Shown here: piece after piece, positions 1 to 11,417 of the stretch | Layout of the letters: each line of letters opens with the position of its first letter | How positions within the stretch are numbered: position 1 is the stretch's first letter | Assembly (NCBI RefSeq): GCF_004010195.1 | Contig: NC_057755.1 | Location: 3,743,462 to 3,807,461 of the forward strand | Source of the DNA: Chiloscyllium plagiosum | Taxonomy: Eukaryota | DNA length: 64,000 nt | Direction of reading: 5' to 3' | Translations under genes and position numbers: made by a program | The notes under the pieces: generated by a model | Databases searched by the model: none | Told to the model about the DNA's origin: nothing | What the model saw: the letters and a program-made list of their open reading frames with translations, nothing else

Positions 1-760
1 CAAAGTTGCCAGCCAAGTGGATAGCATTGTTAATAAAGCATATTAAGTGTTTTGGCTTTCATGAACAGGGGATAGAGTTTAAGAGCCATGAGGGTTTGCT
101 GCAGCTCTACAAATCCCTGGTGATGCCTCACTTGGAATATTGTGCCCAGTTCTGGTCGCCCTACTTTAGGAAGGCTACAGATGCTAAGTGGATAGCATTG
201 TTAATAAAGCATATTAAGTGTTTTGGCTTTCATGAACAGGGGATAGAGTTTAAGAGCCATGAGGGTTTGCTGCAGCTCTACAAATCCCTGGTGAGGCCTC
301 ACTTGGAATATTGTGCCCAGTTCTGGTCGCCCTACTATAGGAAGGATACAGAGGCTTTGGAGAGGGTGCAAAGAAGGCTTACCAGGAGATGCCTTAACTG
401 GAGGGCTTGCCTCATGAAGAAAGGTTGAATAGGCTCGAACGTTTCTCTCTGGAGAGAAGGAACAAGAGAGGAGACAATATGGAGGTCAAAAGCCAGAGAC
501 TTTTCCCCAGGGCAGGATTGACTGATACGAGAAGTCATAGTTTGAAGATATTAGGAGGAAGATATAAAGAAGACGTCAGAGGTAGTTTTTTTTTTAACAG
601 AGAGTTGTGAATGCATAGAATGCGTTACCAGCGCTGGTAGTGGAAGCAGAGTCATTGGGGACATATACGCGACTGCTGGACATGCACATGGATAGCAGTG
701 AGTTGAGGGGTGCGTAGGTTGTTACTATATTTTACATTAGGATTAACTGAATAGCCTCAG
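1..760 (+). mobile_element. CR1/HER1-type LINE 3' fragment with internal 171-bp tandem duplication
   Basis: CR1 ORF2 C-terminal motifs LYKSLVRPHLEYCAQFWSPY, LERVQRR, RLNRL..FSLERR; degenerate frames. Confidence 0.9.
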
Positions 761-1124
761 CGAAATGAAGGGAATCACTGAAAAGAATATCAGATGATGT
801 TTAGACATTAATGGGACTGATAGTGAGTGAAATAATGTAAGTTTTGATCTTTGGAGACAAGTTATAATTAACATTTGAGACCCGAGAGGATCAGATTAAG
901 CCAATCTTTGGGGTATTCAAACATGTCCTTAAATGTCAATGATGTTACATCATTAAAATAAACCTGATGTCATCATCCATTTGTTTGAAATGATTAAAAA
1001 ATAAAGAATGATCACAGTATCCCACTGGAGTTACCACACAACATAAAATGATATCCCTGGAACTATGTCAATTTCATTAGGTTGCCAGCAGAAGGAAGGA
1101 AGGGCTTGTTCAACAAACAAGAAA

Positions 1125-1191
1125 ATGCATTATGCTAAGCTAGTTTTTGCTAAAGTGTTCTACACGATCCTTGTAATGATTGGTATTCCCG
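1125..1191 (+). CDS. GPR139-like: Exon 1 of GPR139-like class A GPCR (MHYAKLVFAKVFYTILVMIGIP + 1 nt)
   Basis: ATG at 1125 in aaaATG context; 22 codons forming the N-terminus and start of TM1; strong donor G|GTAAGT at 1191/1192; phase 1 matches the acceptor at 10530, giving ...IGIP-V-SLVTIVFLARGKCGLS. Not in the ORF track because it is short. Confidence 0.85.
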
Positions 1192-1279
1192 GTAAGTCTT
1201 GTAAAAACTTATGCCATGAAAATCTCTGTATGTAAAGATAATTATTTCACTCTATGACTGATAATTGTTTTATTTCCAT

Positions 1280-2080
1280 TTAGCAAGACAAATCCCAATG
1301 CCAGACGATGCTGTCCTCATTTACTGAGTTTAAAACAATTAGTTTGTCGATTAGAGGATTCCTCAGTAATGTGCAGCACTGCCTGTTCCTCTATACTTTG
1401 CAGAATGGGTATGCTCTGAGGCCACACTGATGGGGTTTGGCTGAGCTCTGGCCCTGGCTGGTCCAGACAGAGAGCACACTCTCTCTCTGTGGGAGTTCAA
1501 ATCCTGCTATAGGTCAAATGGCTTTTATAACAACCCATCTCTCAGTGATACCTGGTGTTTCCCATTCCTTGATGTGAAGGGATTGTGTTGGTGGATCTTG
1601 CTCAGGAAGCTCGCCCCAAATGGAAGCCTAGATACAACAGGTGGGCAATGGATGGATTAAGTATGTCATAATGGATGATATGTGAGGATCAGCAAGGATA
1701 GCTTAAACCATTTTGTGTGTTTTCTTTGGACAGTGGGATTCTGGTAACATGATATTTGTGATGACAGATCGCTGAGAGGGGTGTTGAGCACAGGGATACA
1801 GTTATGATGTGTATTGTTGAATTATTTAACCGTCAAAAACACTTGCGGGTTGAGTTACTTGTAAACATATACGCAATGCTGTGCTGCAGAGTTTAATAGG
1901 ACAATCTCTGAGATCTGGAGAGTACTGGCAGCTGCTCTCCCACAGAGGATCAAACACCTGTGGCCAATAAGATATTTCCTACTTTGCCCTTTGTTCCTGT
2001 TATCATTTGATGATCCCCCAACGATAATGGTTTATGTGATATTCCTCCCATGACCATTCATTTGGGAAAATTATTTTGAT
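1280..2080 (+). mobile_element. Highly decayed LINE (Tx1/L1-like) RT remnant
   Basis: Only vestigial resemblance (gatggggtttggctgagctctggccctgg, similar to DGLxxELxxLW; atggatgata near 1672); no open frame. Confidence 0.25.
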
Positions 2081-2102
2081 TTAGGCAATCAATTTGGATA
2101 AG

Positions 2103-2119
2103 ATTTATTATTTTATTAC

Positions 2120-2153
<34 letters not shown>

Positions 2154-2162
2154 ATTATTATT
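2103..2162. repeat. (TTA)n microsatellite, possibly the (TAA)n tail of an old minus-strand LINE at about 2165-2500
   Basis: Direct reading; adjacent minus frame contains EYCTPW, like the LINE C-terminal EYCxxxW motif. Confidence 0.8.
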
Positions 2163-2998
2163 TTGTTGAAACTCACATATTAGACACGGGCACCCTGGAT
2201 ATATTTGTAGATCAATTTACTGTGAATTCGTAATGTTACACCATGGAGTGCAGTACTCCGTCAACGTTGTGAGCTCTGTTATTGTACCTGGTCGACAGAG
2301 TTCAGAAGGGTGGAGATTGGGTGGCATAATAGGACTTTTCTCTGATGAAAGACAAGTTGGATTGTGGTGACTGATGTGTGATTTCGGATATTTGACATTG
2401 TTGTGTTGCTCCAAGGGTCCAATCAGGATCAAGAACATGCGGCCATACAGAGTGACAGTCATACCCAATGCTGTGCGCTCCATTTGTCCTGATGTTCAGG
2501 TCTGAAGGACTCGGCGAGTTGGAAACTGTATCAGGGTCACCAGTTCATTCATAGTCCATCAGCAGCGCACTGCTGAAAGAATATGAACCATCTGTCTAAA
2601 CTGATGCAGCAAAATACCCTTTGCCTCATGGTGCGGGACATCACTGCAGTAATTGTCACCCGGGATGGCTGTGCAAACAGTGATTGTGGTTTCCAGGAGA
2701 GGTAACTCATTGCAGGTCACATTTGGATTCTAATTGACACCAGACTCTTTCATGACAATTGAGGGATCAAAATTAAGTTGATGGTGAGAGTGAGGTAGTA
2801 TTGAAGGGACTTGCTGTTGCTCGCTCGTACGTGGAGGTTTATAAATGTTTGCAGTAATGATAATACTGAGCTGTTCACTCCCACAACACATTGTAAATGT
2901 CAGGGCTGCTGCACTAACACTGCTGGCTGAGACATAGCTGCTACAGTGTGTTTTACATCAGGGAAGTATCACAGTGGATCTAACTCATTGATACAATA

Positions 2999-3288
2999 GG
3001 GCAGCACGTTGACACAGTGGTTACCACTGCTGCCTCACAGCGCCAGAGACCCGGGTTTAATTCCCGCTTCAGGCAACTGTCTATGTGGAGTTTGCACATT
3101 ATCCCCATGTTTGCGTGGGTTTCCTCCCAAAAATGTGCAGATTAGGTGAATTGGCCATGCTAAATTGCACGTAGTGTTAGATGAAGGGGTAAATGTCGGG
3201 GAATGGGTCTGGGTGGGTTGCTCTTTGGAGGGTCGGCATGGACTTATTGGGCCAAAGAGCCTGTTTCCACACGGTAAGTAATCTAAAC
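2999..3288 (+). mobile_element. HE1-type tRNA-derived SINE
   Basis: tRNA-like head (cagtggtt...gggtttaattcc, A/B boxes), tgtggagtttgcacatt core, CR1-like tail gggccaaagagcctgtttccacac..taatcta. Confidence 0.88.
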
Positions 3289-3940
3289 TGCTGTGTCTTC
3301 AATTCCAAATTGCTTCACTGGAAGGTAAATGCAGTCGATGGAGTTTTGAGTGATAAATAAATCGAATTTGATATCTGACAAGACTATATGAGATTCAAGG
3401 CATGTGTGTTATTGCGATAATGCCAAGGGTAGTATATACAAAAGAGTGAGTGTTCTGGGGCACGAGCATTCTGTGATAGGCTATCTTGGAATTTTTCATT
3501 CTTCTTTTGAAGTTCAATCTGTACTTCCCCGGAAGATCCTGCTCACTGATGTCACATGCTATCTGAATGCTGATCTATTGCTGTGTATTTAATGCCTGAC
3601 TACTGGGCAGTGGGCTTGGGCAGTACGAGTTCCAAATATGGGATATCAATGTACGCAGTTAACATTTAAAAACTATCTGTATGGTGCATTTCCTAAACTC
3701 AGGAAAGAAAAGAACAATGCATGTAGCTCACAGGCACTCTGCATGATCCAGTGATTATCTGGAATGTTGTGTACCGTTGATCCAGATCTCCAGGAATCAC
3801 TCTGAGTTAAGGTAGTACTGATCATGGAGTTGTACTGAATGGAGATCACGAACCTCAGGCTGGACCCTGACGTTACCGGAAGGAAGTGTCATTGTAGAAT
3901 TGTACTCTGTGTGGGATTAGGAACTTCACAAACACAAACC

Positions 3941-4343
3941 TCTGACCCAGTATTCTTTCTTTTCTGCGGGTATCTTTAAATGCAGCATTATAATAAGTGT
4001 GGAGCACTGACAGGAGACTGGCAGCTCCAATTAGAAGTTCACTGTAAACTATATACCATGAGGGTCAATAGCCTGAGGGAACCCCCCATTCCAGTGAAAA
4101 TGTGAATCAGCAAGCATCTTTTAATTCGAATGTTACCGAGTCTGACCCAGTATTCTTTCTTTTCTGCGGGTATCTTTAAATGCAGCATTATAATAAGTGT
4201 GGAGCACTGACAGGAGACTACTGGCAGCTCCAATTATAAGTTCACTGTAAACTATATACCATGAGGGTCAATAGCCTGAGGGAACACCCGATTCCAGTGA
4301 AAATGTGAATCAGCAAGCAGCTTTTAATTCGAATGTTACCGAG
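3941..4343. repeat. Tandem duplication, 200/203-bp copies
   Basis: tctgacccagtattctttct...gttaccgag at 3941-4140 and again at 4141-4343, differing by a 3-nt indel and a few substitutions. Confidence 0.95.
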
Positions 4344-5959
4344 TGTGGGTTCCTCGCCAAAGGGGAACAAACAACCCCAGTGTCCAAGTGTTACTGGGAG
4401 CATCTATAAAAGTAAAATTACACTGAGTGAGGTTTACTAACTAGACAGGAACAACTTACTCCAATAGCTTTGCACAAGGAGGAGCGTCTCTGACAATAGT
4501 ATTTAACTGTTTGTGGGGAACTGAATGAAATTGAATATCTGACCTCAGTAGGAACTAGGATGATAATGATATGAGCCATGCAGTGCTTCAATTATATTTC
4601 CTTCCTTGTTTCTGATGGAGCTGTAAGTGTTGTTTGCAGATATACAATTTATTGAAACTGGAGAAATCTTACTAGTTGGTTGTTTCTATTTGGTGCTAAG
4701 TTTACAAAGTGAAATCTCCCATTGGAGATGAACAGCTGTGATATTTTTTCATAAAGGAAAATGGCAGAGCAGCAATGTGAATTCAGTAAAATACTTTATG
4801 GACATATTTTATTGACTCAAATGATAGTTTTGGTATTGATTAAACTTCCAACAAGTTTAGGACAAGCTCTGGGATATGGCTATGCTAATTTGTTATCTGT
4901 ACATGAATGAGGGTGGATGTAAAGCTGGCAATGTTTACATCTGTTTCTGTTTCGAATTGTTGACATCTGTCATTCACAATGTTCCACTGATTGCTGCTGC
5001 TAACTTTGTGATGTATGACCTCCTTTAATGGAAGAGATTTTGATGTGGATTGCGCATCAATCAGTTTGAAGACAATATTTAAAAATAAAAATACTAATGG
5101 TATTTGGAATAAAGATGTCTGCATCAACAATTAACTAACTTTAGTACCTGCAAAATGACGAGGATGTTTAATAATTGATTTGGTGAGCACCACATGGAAT
5201 TAACAGTCCAGAATACAGACCATTTAACACAATGAATTCATGTACCATACGAGCCTCTCTTTTAAAAAGAATTCTAATCCAGAATGAGTATTCCACATTA
5301 ATGAACTCCAGTTGCTGTCTGTCTCATGAGTGGAAATATAATTTCCATATTTGTATGACAAACTCCTTTATAGTCTTTCTACATTTGCATACTCGATATC
5401 ACTAATACAGTTCACAAGTCCATTTTCCAGAGTTGTGAGCGTTTCCTTTCTTTTATTTTGACAATGACAAACATTTTGACTTTTCCGGGTGTCCAAACTC
5501 CATCACTGTGTGGGTTTTTTGGACCATAACCTCTGAGCTTCCAATGCAGCCAAATGTTAATTCTGTCAGGTGTCAAACTCTGCATTATCTGTTTCTCCAT
5601 CAGTTGTGCCGGTCTTTACAATTACATTTTAATTCCTGAAAAGTAATGTTCAGCTCTTAAATATGTGAATTATGAACGCATATTCACAATAAGGAGCCTT
5701 TGAAAAACTGAACTCAGTGAGATAACAACTCTCTGTGCTTTTATCCTGATTACAGGTGACGATGGTTCTGCCTGTTGGAGGTTAATCATCTCAACCGTCA
5801 TATATCACGACAGGAATTCCACAGCCTCTTTCCTAAAACCAGCTGCCTCATCAGTGTGCTTTCATCCGACATAATTTCAAAATTAGAGAGGTTCGCTTCT
5901 GATTGTGTATGTTCAGCACCATTTACAACTCCTCAGATAATGAAGAGGATCACATCCAC

Positions 5960-8025
5960 ACACAGAACATCCTAGTGCAGTACACGCCCTTCGGCCCGCA
6001 ATGTAGCGCCGATTTGTCAAGCCAATCTGAAGCCCATCTAACCCACACTATTCCATTCTCCTCCAGATAAATATCTAATCACCATATAAGTGCACTTAAA
6101 GTTGCCGAATTTACCACTGCTGCAGGAAGGGCATTCCACACCGATGCTACTCTTGGAATAAAGAGCTATCTCTGACTTCTGACCGATATCTATCACGCCT
6201 CAATTTAAAGCTATGTCACCTTGTGCTTGCCATCACCATCCGAGGAAAAATAATCTAAGTCGCCACCCTATCTAATCCTCTAATCATCTTGTATGCCTCT
6301 ATTAAGTTACCTCTTATTCTTATTCTTTCTCAAAAAAAAAAGCCTCAAATCCTTCAGGCGTTTCTTATTAGACCTTCCCTCCATACCAGTCAACATCCTG
6401 GTAAATCTCCTCTGCACCGTTTCCAATACTTTCACATTCTTCCCATAATGCAACAACAAGATTTGGATGCAATACTCCAAGTCCGGCTACACTAGAGTGT
6501 TGTACAGCTCAAATATGACCTCATGGCTCCGCAGCTCAATCCCTCTCCAAATAAAATCTAACGCCATCTTACTGACTCTATCAATCTGGGCGACAACTTT
6601 CAGGGATCGATGTACTTCGACACCAAGATCTCTCTGCTCATCTACACTACCAAGAATCTTACCATTAGCCCAGCACTCTGCTACTCCTCCAAAGTGAATC
6701 ACCTCACAGCTTTCTGCATTAAACTCCATTTGCTACCTGTCAGCCTAGCGTTGCAGCTTATCCATGCCCCTCTGTAAACTGCAACATCCTTCCAGATTGT
6801 CCACAATTCCATGGAACTTTAGTGTCATCCGCAAATTTATTAACCCATCCTTCTACGCCCTCACCCAGGTCATTTCTAAATATGACAAACAGCAGTGGCC
6901 CCAAAACATATCCTTATGCTACACCACTACTAACTGAACTCCAGGATGAAGATTTTCCATCAATCACCACCTTCTGTCTTATTTCAGCAAGCGAAATTCT
7001 GAGCCAAACCGCTAACTCACCCACAATGCCATGACTCCGTATTTTCTGCAATAGCCGACCATGGGGAAACTTAACAGAAGCATTAATGAAGTCCATATAT
7101 ACCACCTTAACCGGTTTTCCCTCATTCACCGGTTTGGTTACTTTCTTGAAGAACTCAATAAGGTTTGTGAGGCATGACCTACCCTTCACAAAACGTGTTA
7201 ACTATTCCTAATCAACGTCTTCCTTTCTAGATGATTAAAATCCTCTTTCTTATAACCTTTTGTAACATTTTAACCACAACCGAGATAAGGCTCACTGGTC
7301 CATAATTACCAAGGTTGTCTGTACTCCCCTTCTTGAACAAGGGGACAATATTTGCTATCCTCCACTCTTCTGGCACTATTCCTGTCGACTATGACGACAC
7401 AAATATCAATGCCAGATAATCGACAATGTCCCAACTAGCTTTCCATAGAATTCTAGTATGAATCCCACATGGCTCATGTAATGTATCTATTTTCACACTT
7501 TCCAGAATTGCTAACACCTCCTCCTTGTGAACTTTAACCCCGTTCTAGTCTAATGCCCTGTATCTCGGTATTACCCTCAACAACATTATCTTTTAATGTG
7601 AGAATACTGATGAAAACTATTCATTTAGCACCTCTCCCATCTCTTTGGACTCCCCACACAACTTCCCACTACTGTCCTTGATTGTCCCTAATCTTACTCT
7701 AGTCATTCTTTTATTCCTGATATAGGTATCGAAAGCTTTAGGGTTTTCCTTGATGCTACCTCCCAAAGACTTTTCATGTCCTCTCCTGACTCTTCTTAGC
7801 TCTCTCTTTAGATCCTTCCTGATTAACCTTTAACTCTCAAGTGACCCGAACTGAGCAATCACGTCTCATCTTAACCTAAGTCTCCTTCTTCCTCTTGACA
7901 AGAGATTGAACTTCTTTAGTAAGTCGTGGTTCCATCGCTCGACCACTTCCTCCCTGCCTGACAGGTACATTTTACTCAAGGACATGCCGCAGCTGTTCCT
8001 TGAACAAGCTACACATTTCAATACA
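5960..8025 (-). mobile_element. CR1/HER1-type LINE, about 2 kb, degraded RT region
   Basis: Minus frames GRSCLTNLIEFF, VVYMDF..A..K.PHGRLLQK, MEFNAESCEVIHFG, QRDLGV.VHRSLKV. Confidence 0.9.
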
Positions 8026-8029
8026 GTGA

Positions 8030-8795
8030 GATAACATCTAGTTTGGGCTTATAATTGACAGGAACCAGGCAATGCTCAACAACAGTAAAAATTACCTGTC
8101 TCCCATTGGCTTACTCTGACATTGTCATCGCTGAATGCATAACTGTCAACAACTTGGACCTATCATTGTCCAAGAAAATGACAGTGTCCAGCCATACAAC
8201 TGCTGTAGCCTCAGAGGCGTGTCAGTGACACTGACAGTTGTGGTCATAATCTCCCTCCCTGCCTATCCAAACCAGGTCCACCAGCCACACAGCATACATC
8301 AAGATGATATGGAATGCTCTCCATGTAACCGGCTGAGTGCAGCTCAAATGCAGTAGTGCGTGCAACACTCACACAGCTGCACATTGTGCAGGACAAACAC
8401 TAAATGGATCAGCTTGTGAAACGTCACACTCAGTACTCACTCTATTCACTAATGACACGCATAACCAGCAATGAAAACCACCTACAAGATGCACACTAGG
8501 AATACATCAACTCTCTTTCAACAGCTCCTCACAAACATGACCGATGGCAGCAGATGCATGGAAACACCATCACATGTAAGTTCTCTTTCAAGGTAGATTT
8601 CATTCTGACTTGCAAAGATATCACCATTCCCTCACAGTTACTGGGTAAACATTCTGCTACACTCTCCCGAAAACATTGTGGGTGTTCCTGCACTCCAGAA
8701 AATGCAAATATTCAAAAAGGCACCACAAAGATGATTAGAGCTGGGCAATGAACACTGGCCTGGTGACTAAAGCTCACATTCCACGTGAACATTTA
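8030..8795 (+). mobile_element. Second CR1-clade LINE family, 3' fragment
   Basis: gcagatgcatggaaacaccatcac and gggcaatgaacactggcc 3' motifs shared with copies at 15270-16670, 45700-46295 and 58400-58840. Confidence 0.65.
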
Positions 8796-9274
8796 AAAAT
8801 GAAAACTACTCTCACATCTGCAAGAGGATATCCCTGAACCCGAGGGATGATTAGTGACCAGGGGAATTTCCAGATGGCAGAGAGCAGGAGAAATATCAAG
8901 GTGAAAGTCTGGATGCTTGGTGCTGAGATTCTGTTGAATTTAAGGCATCATCTATTCCAGTGTATCATCCGTGTCATAGTTTATTTTTTCTGAGTCCAAT
9001 GAATTTCCGAACTCTTTCTGGCCTCAAAGCCAGGTGACAGATCCTTCTGTTTCTTTTGTCTAGTAGTGGTCGATGCGTTGATATTGCATACTCCAGTTAT
9101 CTACACTGAGTTGAGTGTGTAGGATTCCTTGTCTTGAAATGTAGATCAATTTTGGGAATTCAATATTTGAGACAATGCACTCTGCATGGGGTTGTTAAAA
9201 CACCAGGGAGTGGTCTAAGAAGTGGACTTTCATATGTACCGGGGGGTTGGCTGTGTATTGGGCAGCTCCACTTT

Positions 9275-9642
9275 ATTTTATTCATTAAAGGGATGGGGGT
9301 GTGGCTGGTTAGATCAACCCTTACCACCATTTCCTCATTGCCCAGAGGGCAGGTAAGAGTCAACCAGGCTATTTTAGGTCTGGAGTCACATATCGGCCAG
9401 ACCAGATAAGGATAACAGTGGACCCTCCCTAAAGGGCATTAGTGAATGGGATGATTTTTTTTCCCCCAACAACTGATAGCTGTTGTATTTTCATACTTCG
9501 AAATTATCCATCTAGATTATTTTTAAGTTGAAACCCCACGATCTGCTATGGCAGATATTGAACCCCGTTCCCCAGAAAGTTGCATCAGTTTCTGAATTAA
9601 TAGTGATTAACAGTGATAAACTTATTAGGCCATTACTTCCCC
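9275..9642 (-). mobile_element. SacSINE1-like SINE
   Basis: Reverse complement matches the copy at 37483-37808 (cactaatgccctttagggagagg, ctggtctggcc..tgtgactccagacc, gactcttacctgccctctgggcaa). Confidence 0.75.
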
Positions 9643-10530
9643 TAATCTTTCGCATTTTGCCAAAACCCAGAGACATAGCTAAGTAAGAGTATACTGTTTG
9701 GGTCTCTTAGAACAAGGTGCGGTCTAATTCTGGTGATGTCCATGGAGAGTACTGATTGAACGATAGGGATTCATAGCTCAATGTATTCTCTGAATCTGGA
9801 AGGAGGATCTCTATTCACAAGGAGAGGAGCTTTGTTTAGGTGAGGGCTGTGGAGTATAGTCTTGCTTAGGTGGGGTGGTGGTGGTGGGGACTGGAGACAC
9901 CACACCAAATGTTGAAGTTCTTATGATTGCAGTGTTTATCCAATCTGATACACGGTGGTTGGATTCACTGGTAAATATCTAGATAGCTCAGATTGCCAGG
10001 GTGTTCAAAGCAAGGGACGCATTGCCCTATTACTTGTTTTTTTTTAAATATTTTGGAGACCATCCATTCCTAGATATTATGGAGTTATTGAATGCCCTGT
10101 ACTGTCGTTCATATCATGTTGATGTACAATTCTAGGGGCAATCTCAATTGTGGAGGCTCCACAGGAATTTTGTCATCTATATCTATGCCATTCTTTGTTT
10201 TACTGATCATGCATGTCTTTGTGTGCATATTATGGTCTTATGGATAGCTCCAGCCAGTGGGAGTAACCTCTAATGCTGCTGAAATCAACCGCTGTCAACC
10301 CCAATAACATGTGCATGACTGTGTTTGGGGAGTAATCTGCTTCTTATATTCTTTACTATGTCTTTTCAAAGTGCAAATGATTCATTTCAAGAGTTCAGAT
10401 TCTGTAAACTTCATATGACATGGAACAATTATCTTTGTGCTAAAATCCATCACGTACAGTTTGGGCTCAGGCACAGAAATGTTTGACCAGTAACTTCAAG
10501 TCTCTTTTTTACCGTTTCTCTTTCTTACAG

Positions 10531-11417
10531 TTAGTCTAGTGACAATTGTCTTCTTGGCTCGGGGCAAATGTGGTCTTTCTTCATGCAGCAATCGCTACCT
10601 GGTGGCCATGGCAGTGTCTGATCTACTGTTCATTGTTTTTGAGGTTGTCCTTCTTCGATTTCGATCTTATTATTATCCACGGTGTTTTTTGGATATCACT
10701 CCTGTTTGTTGTGTTCTCTATGTCCTGAGCTGCTTGACCATTGATTGTTCTGTGTGGTTCACTGTTGCTTTTTCTTTTGATCGATTTGTCGCCATTTGTT
10801 TTCATCAAATGAAATCTCAGTATTGCACAGAGAAAACTGCAATGAGGGTTCTAGCAACTATTTGTATTTTCTTTTCTATAAAGAACATTCCCAATTACTT
10901 TCGATATAAATCTAAAGAGATCATCAACAACGTTCCATGGTCATGTCGTACCAGATCCAGTTATTATAATGGCCTTCATTGGGCAAGTTTTAAATATTTT
11001 GAACATTTTTTAACACCAATGTTCCCATTCACTTTCATTCTCTTTCTCAACGCTCTGACTGTCAGACACATCACCGAGGCCATGAAGGTGCGGAAGGGAC
11101 TGAGGTGTCAGAAAAACGCAGATAATGATCCAGAAATAGAGAGCAGACGGAATTCTGTGATTTTACTCTTTTCCATATCTGCCAGCTTCATGCTTCTCTG
11201 GTTGATGTATATTTTATATATCTTTAATGTCGGTCATTCCATGTATCACACTGTTTTTCTTCTATTTCTACAAGTTGCATTAATGCTGCGGAACCTAAGT
11301 TGCTGCACAAATGCTTGTATTTATATGGTGACTCAGAAAAACTTCAGAGACCAGTTAAAGTATGCAGTGAAATACCCAGTTATAAAAATAATTCAATTGT
11401 TGAAAAAATCCAAGTAA
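10531..11417 (+). CDS. GPR139-like: Exon 2 of GPR139-like class A GPCR (TM1 end to C-terminus; whole protein 317 aa)
   Basis: Polypyrimidine tract and ttacag acceptor ending 10530; uninterrupted ORF with hydrophobic TM segments, YLVAMAVSDLL (TM2), FSFDRFVAIC (DRY-like), PMFPF..LNALTVRHI (TM5), DPEIESRRNS, SCCTNACIY (TM7 NPxxY variant); stop TAA at 11415-11417. Family-level call, not orthology. Confidence 0.92.

Noticed and set aside
6..428. 140-aa ORF with a 57-aa internal repeat as a novel protein
   Set aside because: Duplicated piece of CR1 ORF2, partly out of its native frame.
2999..3070. tRNA gene candidates (also near 21000, 29000, 41800, 43110, 47520, 61050)
   Set aside because: They are SINE heads continuing into SINE bodies; no complete cloverleaf.
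10539..10541. GTG start codon proposed by the ORF track for the GPCR
   Set aside because: It lies 8 nt inside a canonical acceptor; the upstream exon supplies an ATG and the rest of TM1.
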